From an uncultured Planctomycetota bacterium (GTDB lineage Bacteria > Planctomycetota > Planctomycetia > Isosphaerales > Isosphaeraceae), in assembly GCA_963823665.1 (NCBI GenBank), contig CAWGMQ010000006.1, forward strand, positions 1,120,001 to 1,184,000: a stretch of DNA of 64,000 bases, in the 5' to 3' direction. Numbering within the stretch: position 1 is the stretch's first letter; each line of letters starts with the position of its first letter. Position numbers and translations under genes: made by a program. The notes beneath the pieces are model-generated. The model ran no database searches. It worked only from the letters and a program-made list of their open reading frames with translations, and was not told the DNA's origin. Of the stretch, positions 62,682 through 64,000 are shown one piece after another.

Positions 62682-64000
62682 ATGTCAGGAACCACGCGTC
62701 CGTGGAGAGTTGCCTGGTTGCTGCTGGGTGGCGCGCTTTTATCTGGCGCTTCCGTCTTGGGCGCCGACGAGCCGCCGATGTCGATCCAACTCGTTGATCT
62801 GGGCCAGCAGGCGCTGACCCAGGGGGCCAACCGAGCGGCCGAGACATTTTTCAAGAAGGCGCTTGAGCTTGACCCGGCGAATCAGTCCGCGACGGACGGG
62901 CTCAAGGAGGTCAATCGTGCCGACCGTGTGCTTCTGGTTGCGATGCAAGAGCCGACGGAGGCGAAGCCGGCTGCTCCCGCGGCCGAGACTCCCCCTCCCC
63001 CGCAGCCAGACGACGTGAAGGCGACGCTGGAGAAGACCCAGGCAGCGGAGAACATCACCCGTCAGGAACTGACCGACAACGTCGAGCAGCGGCTGAAGAC
63101 TGCTCAGATCCCTGATGAATCAGAATCAGCCCGAGGCGGCGATGAACGCCTTGCGGCTTGCCTTGAATGTGATCCGGTCGTCGCCCGAGGTGTCGGAAGA
63201 CGTTCGTGCCAAGCTCGAGAGCCGGGTGCAGGCTCAGTTGTTGTCGGTTGCTACAGGCGGAAGAACGGGTCGTCGCCGAGCGGGCCGAGCGCACCCGGCT
63301 TGATTCGGCCGCGGAACAGCGCACGCGTACGATCGACATCCTGCAGCGAGACAAGAAAACCATCGAAGCGATGATGATGCAGTTCGACCTGCTCATCCGA
63401 GAGGGTGTCTACAACGTTCTCTACAGCGGCGGCATGGGCGACATCGTCAGGACTTCCGCCCCGTTCGGCGAAGCGAGGCTGCTGGCTCAGCAAGCCTACG
63501 CCTTGCAGCGAGGCGGACCGCTTCCGTACAGCGATAACGACCCTTCCCCCACGGCGGGTTACTTCACCTCCTATGCCATGGGTTTCTACACCCAGGAAAT
63601 CCAGTTCCGGACGCTCCAAAAGTATCGCTTCCTGCTCACCATGCAAGACATCACTCGCGCCGCGATTCCGTTCCCCGACACGCAGACGATTGAATACCCG
63701 GACGCGACATGGTGGCGCGTATATCTCGGAGAGGCGCATCCGGAAGTATGGGAAGGCCGTTGACCTTTTCGAGCGTGATGAAAAGACGAAGCGAATCATC
63801 GAGCAGCTCGATGACGCCGATCTCGATGTCGTTCCAGGAGGAAACTCCTCTCGAAGACGTGCTCAAGTACGTCAAGCAGGCCACCACGACGGCAACCTAC
63901 AGCGGAATTCCGATCTATGTCGATCCGATCGGGCTTTCGGAAGCTGACAAGACAATGGCCTCACCGGTTCGGAACCTCGAGCTCGAAGGCGTTCCGCTCC
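62682..64000 (+). CDS. Large secreted protein, probable secretin-like (type II/III) N-terminal part; several frameshifts; runs off the window
   Basis: Signal peptide, TPR-like start, 'IPFPD...IEYPDA..W', then STN-like 'KTKRIIEQL...SMSFQEETPLEDVLKYVK...GIPIYVDPIGLSEA...LEGVPL'. The secretin domain itself is not visible. Confidence 0.65.

Overview
GC-rich bacterial DNA with a strong Planctomycetota signature, most like Isosphaeraceae (inference from gene content: LE(V)RxLLS-type secreted protein, ECF sigma factors with long extensions, BlaI/M56 pairs, Ser/Thr kinase-TPR genes, Uma2 nuclease, Rieske plus cytochrome b/c fusion). Many core genes (thiC, cytochrome b, Rieske, NrnA, a dehydratase, a secretin-like gene) carry single-base frameshifts. 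This points to an unpolished long-read assembly, so most breaks should not be read as pseudogenes. Left part: kinase-TPR gene, toxin-antitoxin remnants, a canonical BlaI/BlaR1-like pair with two operators, gene scraps, and an IS110 element with a structured 5' non-coding end (bridge-RNA candidate) in a repeat-rich intergenic zone. Middle: double cyclase, FHA protein, fliW-csrA, thiC, a kinase/degenerate cyclase/ATPase fusion and two molybdenum-related genes, then a minus-strand signalling cluster (BlaI, M56 protease, TolB-like protein, giant ECF sigma, sigma4-only LRR protein). Best candidate for an undescribed system: a BlaR1-type sensor that appears genetically split. The protease core is one gene, and the post-protease loop, last membrane helix and a beta-propeller sensor are a separate gene with its own RBS. 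Right part: bc-type respiratory genes, accessory genes, a 7.8 kb secreted repeat protein, housekeeping genes and the start of a secretin-like gene. No rRNA, tRNA or CRISPR array was seen.
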